Assembly: GCA_002269645.1 (NCBI GenBank)
Contig: NIVC01002064.1
Location: 144,133-208,132, forward strand
Length of the DNA: 64,000 nucleotides
Origin: Macrostomum lignano
Lineage: Eukaryota
Direction of reading: 5' to 3'
Shown here: piece after piece, positions 39,001 through 51,200 of the stretch
Layout of the letters: every line of letters begins with the position of its first letter
Numbering within the stretch: the stretch's first letter is position 1
Notes under the pieces: model-generated
What the model was told of the DNA's origin: nothing
Seen by the model: only the letters and a program-made list of their open reading frames with translations
The model's database searches: none
Position numbers and translations under genes: made by a program

Positions 39001-40999
39001 CTCACACTCTACAGGGAGCTCTAGTTCAAACTTAGTGTCGGTTAACTCATGGAGATCAGCAACCCAAGCTATATAGTTTTGCATCGCCTCAACGCGCACC
39101 TCCTTATAGATGAGTATGAAGATCTGCACGCCGGCATCCGCTCGGCGCTGCAGCACATTCATCAGTCTGTAGTGCCCGTCATCGTCCGGCCTTTTTAGAT
39201 GTACCTCTGGCGTTAGCCACCAATCGCAGATGAAGATCTCTTCGTTGGCTTGCTCCATGGCGTCGAAGATGTCAGCAAAGTAGGTGGCACCGTCCACGTA
39301 CCATTTAGCTGGACAGTTGGCACGAGTGCCAGCAAAGCTGCCAAAATTGTGCTGGCCACCACCCTGAGACCGGCGACTTCGGTGCGTGACGATGAGCTCC
39401 AGCTGCTGGTCCTGGAGCTGCTGTTGCTGTTGCCGGTGCCGACGCTGCTGGCTCTGCTGCCTGGGAGTCGGATCAAGCAGTCTCTGATGCTGCGTAGACA
39501 GAAGCTCCTTAATGCGAGTCATCTCCGCAGCCAGCATCGGGTAGTCTCCGTAATCGCACTGAATGATCATCAACCTGTGGAATCAGTCGGAAAAGGTGGA
39601 TCTAAGTTTATATTCAAGTCTCTGAGATACGTAAATACGGATTTCGACGCGAATTCGTTTCTAGTATGTTTCTACCATATTGTATGTTTCTTCTATCCGT
39701 TTCTACTATATTTTCTAGCACTCGTTCCTAATGTCGACAGTGCTTTATTTGTAAAAAAAATAACTTTCCAGTGCGATCAATGACCGAATCGAACAACATA
39801 TACGAGCTGTAGGCTCTTATCATAGCAAAACGTTTATTTGCTTACATGCTGGAATTTCTCAGCACAAAGCCAGATAAGTAGTTCCGCATAGACGGGTCCA
39901 AGCCGTTGATAATCAGGCAGGTAGAGTCCAACAGGAACACCTCTTTGACTTCGGACAGGTTGTCCTTCAGGAAGACGATGCAGCGCTCTTTGATTACCAT
40001 CCACCTGAAAAAGAGTGTGCAACAATGAATTGTCAACAAACATCAGAGATTGAAGAACTGTAGACAGTGCTATATGCCAGGATCAGCAATGGCTCACATT
40101 GTCTTTTTCCGCGCGAACAGTCCAATGCAGGACTGGCAGCCGGTCAGCGGGGAGGCCGCATAACGCTGAATGTGAACGCTGACCTCCGCTTCGCCGCACT
40201 TGCCGCCGACTCCTCGAACAAAGGAGAGTCGCGATACGCCAAGAAACTTCAGCAGGTTCAGAGTTCGCTCAAGGCTGTCCAGCTTATCTAGAATCTTTTT
40301 CAGCTGCTCCTCAAAGCGGGACCTTTTGAACTCTTCGTTGTCCAGCACCGCCGATACTGTTGAATCTCGCCGGTGCTGCTGTTGGCTGCTCGACTCGATC
40401 ATCGAGGTCCCGTGCTCGCGCCTCGGCTTAGTGCCCATATGTGGGAGCAGGCCCGATGCCAGCAGCAAGGGGTAGAGCCGTCTCCAATGACTCCACTTCC
40501 GGGTGACTGTCCACGTGAAGATGCCGTGGCTGAAGGTGATTTCGAAGCTCAGGTCGAGGTTCAGCAGGCGCTGAATTCCACGTCGAAGTTGGCGCATTCG
40601 CTGCTTGCCGCCGGCCGACCCGACGCCGCTCTGACCTTCGCGCACGCTGAAGGTCAACCGCTCGCCAGTGAGGAAAAGGCCGCTCTCCGGCAGACGGTAG
40701 CGACAAGAGAACGGCATCCCTGTAGAGGGCATGTATGCCATGGCGGAGATGATGCGCAGCCCGCGCTCCATTTTTCCCAGAGCCACCAGCTTTTCAGCCT
40801 CTGCGGCAGATTCTGGAGACTCTTCCTGCAGTTGGTGCAGCTCAACGGACTCCTTGGCGATTAGAGAGTTCTGCGCCTCGTTCAGATTAAACAAGGACGC
40901 GCCCAGCATAGGATCGTCGCCTGAGTAGCAGCTTGTGATGCTGCCGCGATGACTGTAACAGCGAGAGTCCACGTAGGACACCGCTCCATCCGATGACAT
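27033..40999 (-). CDS. PLD: Phospholipase D (PLD1/2 family: PX, PH, two HKD motifs), ~1346 aa without optional exons
   Basis: Exons 40999-40098, 40004-39846, 39574-39100, 38800-38525, 34654-34041, 30620-30496, 28522-27033; phases match and total 4041 nt is divisible by 3. Motifs [29 protein letters not shown] (HKD1), [51 protein letters not shown] (HKD2), C-terminus LPLITWL. Confidence 0.96.
28589..29004. repeat. ~34-bp minisatellite (GAGTGACAATCTCACAGAT...) in PLD intron 6
   Basis: Direct reading. Confidence 0.93.
29328..29672 (-). mobile_element. tRNA-derived SINE family B, apparently full-length copy (PLD intron 6)
   Basis: Minus strand begins GGGGGGCGTAGTCCAGTGGTCC (A box) ... GGCTCGATTCC (B box). 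Its 3' part is shared with 11047-11208 and 52573-52658. Confidence 0.7.
30660..31143. repeat. 32-bp minisatellite (ATATTTATGGCCTCTCTTACAACACAGGTGTT) in PLD intron 5
   Basis: Direct reading. Confidence 0.95.
31692..33146. repeat. 42-43-bp minisatellite (GCTTCAGAATCTGAG[T/C]TATAAGTCTCAGGTTAGTAATGT[TAT/GAG])
   Basis: Direct reading; explains ORF 32374..33084. Confidence 0.96.
33701..33962. repeat. 15-bp minisatellite (GAGAAACTGGGACAT)
   Basis: Direct reading. Confidence 0.94.
34672..34872. repeat. (GTT/TTG)n low-complexity tract
   Basis: Direct reading. Confidence 0.85.
35385..35420 (-). CDS. PLD: Candidate 36-nt symmetric (phase 0-0) cassette exon of PLD encoding [12 protein letters not shown]
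   Basis: Acceptor TCGTTTCCAG ends at 35421 and donor GTAAGT starts at 35384. Length and phase fit between exon 4 (ends 38525, phase 0) and exon 5 (starts 34654, phase 0). Confidence 0.65.
37731..37986 (-). mobile_element. SINE family A, uninterrupted copy with an internal deletion of the B box, in PLD intron 4
   Basis: Reverse complement reads GGGAGTTGTAGCCCAGTGGTTAAAGCATCGGACTCACGACTTGAAG...GTCCTTGAGCAAGATACTTAACTCTGCATTGC...CAGTCCTTGGACTGAACAGCCGTAC, colinear with 24574-25500. Confidence 0.8.
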
Positions 41000-42307
41000 G
41001 CTGGCTATGTTTTTTAAAGTCTGTAATGTTACTTCTGGATCGTCATTGCTGAAGAAGCAAGTAGATTTTTAAGTATTAAAAATTCTCAAATTCATTACGT
41101 AATACTAATACCATGTGCAATTTTGGTATTTCGCATCCAATTTTGAAGCTATTTTTATTAAGTCTTATAAAACATACTGAAAACGCTTGAAGTTAGTTAA
41201 ACTTATTCTACTATAAAATTATATTGCGTTGAATGATACTAATTCAAATATGACAGGAATCACATGAGAATTAATAAAGCTAAAATTCATATTATAGTAA
41301 ACTAGAGCTTCTGCAGTAGGCATTAAATGTAAGAAAAAAAACTATAGCCTCAAACTACAATATTTGCTAGGAATGAGAAATTATTATCGTAGGTTGTTAC
41401 TACTAAATTGCAACCAAACGTTTGAGCATGTTGTAAATCGCCGTAAAGATGTACAAAAAACGAAAAAGAGTTTGTAAAGAATTCAAACTCTTTCTACATG
41501 TTTACTAACCAAATATACGTTCGACTTTGCTTATAAGCCGGAAACAGTAGGAAGGTATAGGGTATAGACGAGTGCGTGAAAATTCAGGTGATTTGCAGTA
41601 ATGCCAGCGGGCGATGCTGTTCTAAAATTAAGCTATAAAACGCAGAGTAAAAAATTGAATTAGAGCCAAAACTTTTTGCGCATTTCTAAAGACGCGTAAT
41701 ACTTGTAGTTAGCATAGTCTTTTTTATGTTTAATAAAGAAAACTCTAGGTCACATGTTCTGATTTACGCGCATACTCACGTTATCTTCTTAAAAATTGCA
41801 AGTCATCTGTTAAAATGAATAAAACTGTACTTAAAATACGACTTTTGGCACGTTAGGTCTATGTTGCTGCAATATCTGCATGGCTAGTTAGTCCATCGTA
41901 TAGCTCAGCTCCTCGCCCACTAGGGGAGCCTTTTTAATGCAGTTAACAAAAATTAATTACTTCTTAACTGTCAAGTCAGCATAGGCTTAACGTCTTATCG
42001 ACAGCTTGGCCTTATTCTGCATTAAATTGTAGGCCTAACCCAAAAACTAGAGCAGTATAACTAGGGCCTATGTTTGCATGCAAAATAACTGACTTGACTT
42101 AATTGCCTAATCTAGGCCTAGGCTTAGCCTACTATAGATAGACCCAAAATAATATGAATTAATTAAAGACCTTTCGCCTGTATTAATTTTTGTATATCAT
42201 TGATTAATGTGACAATATTAGGCCCCTATTAGTAAATAAATATGACAATAGAAAAAGCAGACAAAATTCACATGTTTACAATTTCAGCATTATCCTAGTT
42301 TCCCACG

Positions 42308-42751
42308 TTAAATTATTTTGAGTTAAAAATTGACTCAATAAGTTAAAACAAGTTAGTCCATAATTGATAGCACTCAATAGTCTGCTGAGCTCACTAAATG
42401 GCATAGCATATAGGCCTAATAATGAGCAATCCAAAACTAGTTAGAAACTAAGAACTTTGCATTTGCATATGAATGAATGCCATTGAAAGGACTTAGGCGC
42501 ATGTCAAGGCAAAGTTCAAGAACATATATGGCACCAGTGATAACTTATTCAATTCACACTTGAACAAGACCTCTGGAGTCTGGTGTCACCTTTACCTAGA
42601 GAAATTCTTCGACCTTTGTCCTTTGGCAACTTCTTGTTTTGGGTTGCCCATTATTATGCGATTTAGTGAGCTCAGCAGACTATTGATTACTATTAACTAG
42701 GCCTAACTTGTTTTAACTTATTGAGTCAATTTTTAATTCAAAATAATTTAA
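42308..42751. mobile_element. Foldback/MITE-like element with ~110-125-bp imperfect inverted arms
   Basis: 42308-~42432 is the imperfect reverse complement of ~42641-42751 (AAATTATTTTGA.TTAAAAATTGACTCAATAAGTTAAAACAAGTTAG ... AATAGTCTGCTGAGCTCACTAAAT); TTAA at both outer ends. Confidence 0.65.
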
Positions 42752-43582
42752 TGCAAGAAACTAAGATTAGGCCAGCCTATGCCACAATTTCTGTCTTGAT
42801 TGAGTTACAGAGTTGAGAATTTACATTTAGTTAGGAAATAAGTCAATGAAGAATTGTGTCAAAATTGAAGTCAATCACTTTATGTGGAGCAAACTTATAA
42901 TAGCCAAAGTTAGTCAGTTTTGAAACCCTCTTTTTCTACATCTAGCCACATAAGGGCATAAGGCTAGGGATTGAAAGAGAAAGAGATAAAGGTTAAAGTG
43001 GTTGCTATGCTAAAAAAAGCAGACTAACTTAAAGTGCACAATGCCATTCAAGACTGACTTTGAACCTCAAAATTTTAGGTAATTGTGTAAAAATATAAAA
43101 AAATTGATTGTGTCAAATTTAAAGAAGATTGGTAAAACTAAAGCGACACTAGGCCTATAGAGAATTTAGTGAAAAAATCACATGTTTAAGCATTTTTTTG
43201 CACTTTTTAGGTAAGAAGACTTAAATAATCTTCAAAGTCAAGTGCAAATTTGCACCTGGCATAAATTTGATTGTCATAGGCACAAAAGCACAAATTCTAA
43301 ACATATGGTGCAAATTTCTTTGCTTATCAAGGGTGCAAATTTGGAAGTACAATACCTCTTTGCCTATATAGACAATATGTTTTTTGCCTGGTTCTACCTA
43401 ATTATAAGTTTTGCATTGTACTCTCTAATATAGTGGATCTTAAATCTTTGTATTTATGGTATTTCTTAGTTTCCTAGTCATGATCTACAAGTGAATTGCA
43501 GCCAAATTTGCGTTGATTTTTGCTAATTTAATTAACTTCTTAAAAGTATATATACTGGCTATACATCTAAGCAGTAGCAAAT

Positions 43583-44368
43583 AGCTCATTCCATATAAGA
43601 TGGACATATTTGGAAAATAGAAAAAAGTCAATATTTTTGCTTGCCATTGCCTAATTAGCCTATTTTTTTACCAAATGTTTATATTGTGCAATATATACAA
43701 TCTAAGAATAAAGGAATGGTAAAATGTTGGATTAGTATGTTATCAATTGGAAAAAAGTCATTTTTGTAAAAATTTGGACATTTTTCGAAGCAAAAGACAT
43801 CATTAAGATTTTGTACCTTTTAAAAACAAATAGAAAGCTTTTGAAGGTTGAAACAAACTATAGATAAAAGTATAGTACTTGCATCATCAGGTAAAAGCAT
43901 TGGTGACCAAATAATCTATTATATTTTTAATGTATTAGTACCTCAAAGTTACTGAATTGACAGAAAAAAAAATGTTACGACCATAATGTTACGACCATAA
44001 GGCTGCCTTTTCTTTTGTATCTTTGTTGCCTTTTGAGTTTATATATTCTAATAAAAGAGTATTATTTCTAAAGATGTTCTTAGTCAAATTTTAAAAATGT
44101 ATTGCAAAATATTAAAAATGAAAAATGTTATAAGACTTTTACCTTTTAGTTTCTATATGTCAAAAATCCTGTCGTTACGACCATAAGTGTCATTTAAGGT
44201 TTAATAGCATCTATACTAATGATGATATCTATATGAAACTCTATAAATATATTCTAGACAAAATAATCTTTCATTTAAAATATAGGTTTAGTATATTCTA
44301 TTATTAGATTTCATTTTATAAGTAAAAATAACCTGTCATGTTACGACCATGCTTATATGGAATGAGCC
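43583..44368. mobile_element. Non-autonomous TIR DNA transposon (786 bp) with a 4-bp AAAT target duplication, Sola1-like
   Basis: Termini AGCTCATTCCATATAAG and CTTATATGGAATGAGCC (16-bp perfect inverted match). AAAT at 43579-43582 and 44369-44372. Four GTTACGACCAT motifs at 43974, 43988, 44174 and 44340. Confidence 0.65.
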
Positions 44369-46725
44369 AAATGCAGAGGAGGGGGCTTTGCTTGCTAGAG
44401 CCCCCCATTGACCCTAGAAAAGCTGTTTTTGTAGGTGCACAAACCCCTAAAAAGTAATTAAAAATGTCTATATTGGTTGAGTGGTTTTGAAGTCTATGAC
44501 CATAGCAAGTAAAATTGAAAATAGATACAAAGATAGAGTTTTGATTTTTATAGTTAGAGATTAGGTCTAGCTATTTTTATTTTTAATATTTCTAAAATAT
44601 GTCTATTAAAAATTTTGGCCTAGTCTAAGGCCTAATACTATGTTTTATACTAATTAAGACAATTGAAAATAATATTATCTTGCAAATTTAAAGTTGGGCC
44701 CTAGGCCTATTCTATGGTATAAGCAGATAAGTAGGTTAGATTATTAAATTAATAGAAATCAATTTGGCCTAGCCCTAGGGCCTAATGTTGCCCATTTCTA
44801 AATATCTTTCTTTAGCTATTCTTTTGAATTAGAGTTAGAAAAAAAAGTTTTTGTTTTCTATTATTAAAATTTTCAGTTCTATACTAGTAAGTAAGCTTTA
44901 GGCCTACCATTATTTTTTAGTATAAATATTACTTGGTAGGCCTAAATTACAAAATAAATAAAGAAGCAAAAAGCCAAAAATTTATAGTTTATGAAGGCAA
45001 AAATGGAAAAGGCAAAAAGGTATTGCAAAGCAAAAAAGAGAACCCTATTGAAGCAAGGTCTAAAAAATACTAGAAATCCTTTTTCTTTTATTAGATATCT
45101 AGATTACTTTGATATATTGCAGCTTAACATAGCCTTTTTTGCTTTCCCATATTGCCTTAGCTCCCTTACCTTTTATTCCTTATATGCAACTTTTTTATTC
45201 CCTTTGCATTTCATTGCTACATTACCACTAAGCTATTTTATATTAGATATTATCCATAAAATGGCCATTGTTTACAATAAGAAAAGAGAATAAAAAATAA
45301 AACAAGTTGCATAGCCAATATAGTTTCAGAGTTTATGCATTTGTTTATATATATATATTTAGTAAACCAAAATAGAGTAGACAATAGGCCTAATCAAAAC
45401 CTAAAAAGAACTAAAAAGATAAGTTTTTATATTTTCTGACATAATAATTCTATAGTAGTATATGTATAATCTTATTTGTTATTTGCTAGTTTCATTTTAG
45501 TGATTTTATCCATCATGGACATGGATATCCTAAATATATAAAATTTTGATGATAGGAAATAATTTATATCTTTTAAGCATTGATTTGGGCATCTGCTTCA
45601 AAAACAAATTAAATAGAAAGGTTGCCATGACATATTTATAATTATATAATTATAATTTATATAATATAGTATCATTTATTGTTTTAGTAGAAAATAGCAA
45701 TCAGCCCCCATTTATAAGGCAACAAATAAAGTAGCAGAATAATATCAAAAATATTTATAAAAATGCTAATATAGTTGTTTTCTTAAATTTTAGTGTGTAA
45801 AAATAAATCTTAAAATTAAGCATTTATAGTAACCTTTCAATTATCAACAATAAACAAAATCTATTTGCCTTGGCATTTCCAAGCTTATCTGTTAGAAAAG
45901 CAATTTTTAATTCTATTAGTTTATTTTGAAGAATATTTTATATATAAGTGAGCCTTTTATATAAGCATTTTTTATCTAAATTCAAGGTGCCAAATTAATA
46001 ACCAGAATGAAATTTAGCATCAATCAAAAAGTCAAATTAAATAGCATATCAAAATCTTTACTTATACTTTTTACATTGCTGCACCTCTCTAAACTACAGA
46101 AGTTGCAAAAGTTTGCAGATTCCTTATTTATAGATATATATTATTCAAATTTTACAATCAGTAGAAATCTCGAAATCCAAATGCTTATTGATACTTCAAA
46201 TAATATATAAATAGGTTACTATAAGCTACTAAATAAGTATGGAACTTGGATTAACAGTAAAACTACCAAGAGGGGTATTAATGTTTTGCTGCACCAGAAC
46301 AGAGCAATATAAGTACATTAAATTCAAGAACATTGTCTGACACAGGCGTCAAGGTGATGATATAATGCTTGAAAGACTCGCTAAGGATGTTAAGCAGTTG
46401 AGGTTTGCCCATTATTAAAGCTTGGTCAGCAAAATCAAGTAAATTAGCAAAGTGGTGTCCGTAATCATCTAGTAGCATCTGTTGAAAGTTCCAACAGCAT
46501 TGAGATGATGACAGAATGCTTGAAAGACTAGCTGATGATGTCTAGCAGTTGAAGTTTGCTATAGGGTGTCCATAGCGAACTTTAATAACACAATAGGGTG
46601 TCCATAGTCACCTGATGTTACATGTTGAAGGTCTAGAAGCTGCGCTTGGGTGAAGGCCAGTGATCAAATTCCAGACACATTTGTCGATGTGATGATGAGA
46701 TTTGGACTGGAGGCTTGGCAAAATA

Positions 46726-48025
46726 CGAGGGTCAGTCAAAAAGTAATGATAATTTTGTTGTACCGCCTAAAATATCAGAGTTATTGAACTGCAACTGGTT
46801 TCATTTGAAAAAAACATCTTTTGATCTTTATTTGACAGAGTTTTGGTTCTTCTAAAGTGATTGATGCTTGCATGGTGACACTCTAATCACAGTATATCCT
46901 TTAAGCAATGGAAAATTCAAAAATCGAAGCTCATACTAACGTGAAATTTCTTGTATAGCTTGGTTGGAAGCCAGCCGAAATCATTGACGCTTTGAAGAAG
47001 GTCTATGGGGACATTGCTCCACTAGATCCAACCATTTACTGCTGGATTCAGGCTTTTAAGGAAGGCCGAGAGTCCACGGAAGACGCCCAGCGGTCGGGAA
47101 GGCCCACAACATCGCGCACAGGGGAAAATGTGGTAGCTGTGCAGCCAGTGATTGAGCTGGATCGGCGCGTGACCATAGACAATATTGCTGAAAAAGTGGG
47201 CATTGCTCATGGCAGTGCTCACTCCATTGTGATGGACTATCTTGGTCTGAGCAAGCTGAGTGCTTGCTGGGTCCCGCGGCTGTTGCGGCCTGAACACCGG
47301 GTTCAATGCACTGAGTGCGCCATCAACCTGCTGAACCGCTTGGACGCTGATTCAGAAAACAGTTACCAGCGCTTAGTGACCGGGGATGAAACATGAATAT
47401 TTCAATGCAATCCCGAGTCCAAGGTCCAATCCAAGGAGTGGCTGCCACGAGATTCAGCAGGCCCCAAGAAGTTCCATTCGGAATGGTCTGCAGCGAAGGT
47501 CTTGGCGACAATTCTCTGGGATGTTGAGGGAGTGGTGACGGTGGACTTCTTGGAAAGCCAGAAGACCATCAATGCCACCTATTATGAGTCGCTTCTGTAA
47601 AAGCTCCGCACCGAACTGGCCAAAAAGCAACATGGCAAGTTGCACCTTGGGATTCTCTTTCACCACGACAAAGCACCAGCTCACACTTCTCGGCTCTGCC
47701 ATGAAGCCCTGCGAGATTTCTGCTGGGAAATCCTCCAGCATCTTCCATATAGCCCTGGTTTGGCTCTTTCGGACTTTTTTTGCTTCCCAAGCTGAAGGAA
47801 GCAATCAAAGGAGTCCAAGATGAGGACAAAGAGGCTGCCAAAAAGGCTACTGTACAGTGGCTTGCATCACAGCCTCCTGAGTTCTACGCAAACGGCCTGG
47901 AGAGATGGCGACACTGCATGGAGAAGTGCCTGACCCTGGAGGGGGACTATGTTGAAAAGTAGATTTCCATTTAAAGTTTGAGACTCGTGAGAACAAAATT
48001 ATCATTACTTTTTGACTGACCCTCG
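46726..48025 (+). mobile_element. Mariner (DD34D) DNA transposon, full length (1300 bp), transposase inactivated
   Basis: Perfect 34-bp TIRs CGAGGGTCAGTCAAAAAGTAATGATAATTTTGTT (46726-46759 and 47992-48025) with TA on both flanks. Transposase 46908-47962 with TGDET, HHDKA, YSPGLALSDF (34 residues between D2 and D3); stops at 46956, 47394 and 47598 and a frameshift near 47778. Confidence 0.96.
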
Positions 48026-48235
48026 TACACTAGTGCTTATTGAAAAAATCTGGCCTTCTGGCAGAATTTTTTCCATATCTCGATGGTCTGGAGGGCGCTG
48101 GCGACAAGAATTTCATCCATGTTCTTGCATTTTGTGTGCCTGCGTTGTAAGTTCTGGTACCAGCTACAAATCGTACCTTTCATACCTAGGTGTATTATTT
48201 CAAAACTGCTGTTAATATTTCAGACAACAACGGTT

Positions 48236-51200
48236 ATGTCAGCAACCCCGGCGCCGTCAGGTATCGAGCAGCAACTTGTTGACCGATTGCGCGCCACAGT
48301 GCAATCTTATTTATCCAGAATGCAATACAAATCTGCCGCATTCTGGGCCGATAAGCTTGTTAGTTTAAGCCGTGGCCAACCGAAAGATGTGTACAACTAT
48401 TGCCAGTGCTTGTACTTGACTAAGCAGTATCATCGGGCTATTCACCACCTGAAGCAGCGCCAATTGCACGTTCGCACAGTGGCTGGCTGCCATCTGACCG
48501 CACTGTGCCACTATGATAGTGGCGAATTCAATGACGCCTTGGCGGTGCTAGACAGTGCGGCCGCTGGTAATGGCGGCACGGCTGCTGACACTGGCGGCTT
48601 CAATGCCAGCCAATGGTTAGCCAGCGCTAGTCGGGTCCTTGACGATGATAATTTGACAGCATCAACCGAATGGCAACAGCTGCCACAGTTGGACGAATTC
48701 GGTCTGCCATGCCGTCCGCTTGCCGGTTCGCTGGCTCTGCTACGAGGTCGCGTGTTCGAATCTCTGGGCGTGAGGCCACGCGCAGTTCACTGCTTTGTAG
48801 ACGCCCTGCGCAAAGATGCCTATTGCTACGAAGCATTCGAAGCGCTATTCGGTTCGCAGAATTTGCGCGCATCCGAGGAGGCCGAACTATTAGCAAATTT
48901 GCATTTTGATGAGGCCTGCCAGACTCCCGAGGAGGCTAAGCTACTGCAGCTGGTGTACGGCAATCGGGTTAATAAGTACGGCCCACCAAAGGAGCTGGAA
49001 GTGCCGGACTCGATTGTGGCGCTGAAGGTGAGCTCGCTCAATTGAAAGCAGGTTTGGCCTGGGGTCGATGTACACCCTGTGTGAGCGTGTGTATGAGTGG
49101 GTGTACGTGCAGAGTGGCCGTCAGCACTCATTGTAGGACAATGTCACCGAATGCGTTGGCGCCAAGATGCCCACAATCTTCACGCAAATACTATTATCAT
49201 TATTGTTAGTTGGCAGGAGGCAGACAGCGGCCCTGACTTTTTCATCCATACTGAAAAGGTGTGGATTTTAGTGCACACTGAAATAAATTGGCCATCTCAC
49301 GGATTAAGGCCCTGACTAGTCATAGTCATAGCGTTTTTTGTTGTTGTTTTCTGAGGTAAAAAATAGCACCTCAACGCCCTGTGCCTTGGTGATTGTGAAT
49401 GGGGAGTTGGTGCGCATAATTGCACAAATTGATAAAAAAAACTTTTTATACCATCCCTAATCTCATTCAGGACAATGGCGACCTGGTAACTAGCCTGGCT
49501 GAGCGCTACTTCTACGCGTGCCACTTCCACGAATGCCAACAATTAACATCGAGCGTATTGGCCAACGATCCGTTTAACGATCTCTGCCTACCATTGCACA
49601 TCGCCGCTTTGAAAGAATTAGGCAAAGATAATCAATTGTTTTTGCTCGGGCATCAACTAGTTGAATTATATCCGTCTAGGCCTATTTCTTGGTACGCTGT
49701 TGGCTGTTATTATCTGTGCATACACGACAAGGAGATGGCTAGACGGTGAGTTTAAATATTTCATTCTTTCTACTACCAGTAGACGCAGTGTGTGCGACTT
49801 TCTCGGTCTCAGTCTAGACGCGTACATTAGAACATAGTTGAAACGCGCGGCAGCCCATCCGCTGAGAATATAGGATCAATACTTGGTTTTGAGTGCTTAA
49901 ATGTCTATGACACTCGTGCAGTCGTGACCGAGACATTTAAGCACTCCTATATCCTATATTCTCAGCGGATGGGCTGCCGCGCGTTTCAACTATCTTCTAA
50001 AGTCCAAGTTTAGAATACCAAAGTTCAAAACTAGGATGCCAGATGGGATTAGTCAGAATTGTTTTTTTTAATTTTAGTTCACTCTAGTTGCGACTTAGTT
50101 CACTCTAGTTGCGAATTAGTTCACTCTAGTTGCGACTTAGTTCACTCTATTTGCGACTTAGTTCACTTTAGTTGCGAATTAGTTCACTCTCGCTGCGACT
50201 TAGTTCACTCTATTTGCGACTTAGTTCACTCTAGTTGCGACTTAGTTCACTCTATTGCGACTTAGTTCACTCTAGTTGCGAGTTAGTTCACTTTAGTTGC
50301 GAATTAGTTCACTCTAGTTGCGACTTAGTTCACTCTATTTGCGACTTAGTTCACTCTAGTTGCGACTTAGTTCACTCTATTTGCGACTTAGTTCACTCTA
50401 GTTGCGAGTTAGTTCACTTTAGTTGCGAATTAGTTCACTCTAGTTGCGACTTAGTTCACTCTAGTTGCGAATTAGTTCACTCTAGTTGCGAATTAGTTCA
50501 CTCTAGTCGCGAATTAGTTCACTCTAGTTGCGACTTAGTTCACTCTAGTTGCGACTTAGTTCACTCTAGTTGCGAATTAGTTCACTTCAGCTACAATCCG
50601 CCCACGCATTGTAGCTACTTGATGAAGTGCACCAGAATGAATCGCTACTTCGGGCCTGGTTGGATCGCTCTTGGCCACGCTCTAGCTGAGGACACTGAGC
50701 ACGATCAGGCCATAGCTGCTTACACCACGGCTATACAGGCTATGCAGGGCAGTCACGTGCCCTACTTGTACATCGGCTTAGAGTACGGCCTCACAAATAA
50801 TCTACCATTGGCTAGCGAATTCTTTGATCAAGCTGTTGAACTGTGCCCGAACGATCCATTCTTATTGCACGAGCGCGGAGTTACGTATTTCAATGCGCGC
50901 GACTATGCCAAGGCTGAGGAGCAATTCCGGCTGGCTGTTGGCCGGATCGATGAACTGTCCGGCGAAATGCCCAGCTCATTCTGGGAGCCCGTGTTTAATA
51001 ATCTCGGGCACACCTGCCGGAAATTGAAGAGGTTTGCTTTTTGTACTTTAAATTAGTAGCAATAATAGTATAAACTAGCACCTTGTAAGTCACTTTTTAA
51101 TCGTTAAGTAAAATTGTTCAAGCAAAAAAGTATGGGCCTGAAAGCCAGCTGTCTAGCTTAAGATATCAGATCCCTTATGAGCTTTGGCTCAATGCATTTG

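Noticed and set aside
46290-46720. Possible degraded RT fragment (DDIMLERLA, repeated twice ~160 bp apart) left of the mariner
   Set aside because: Only vague similarity to LINE RT motifs, with many stops; needs a profile search.
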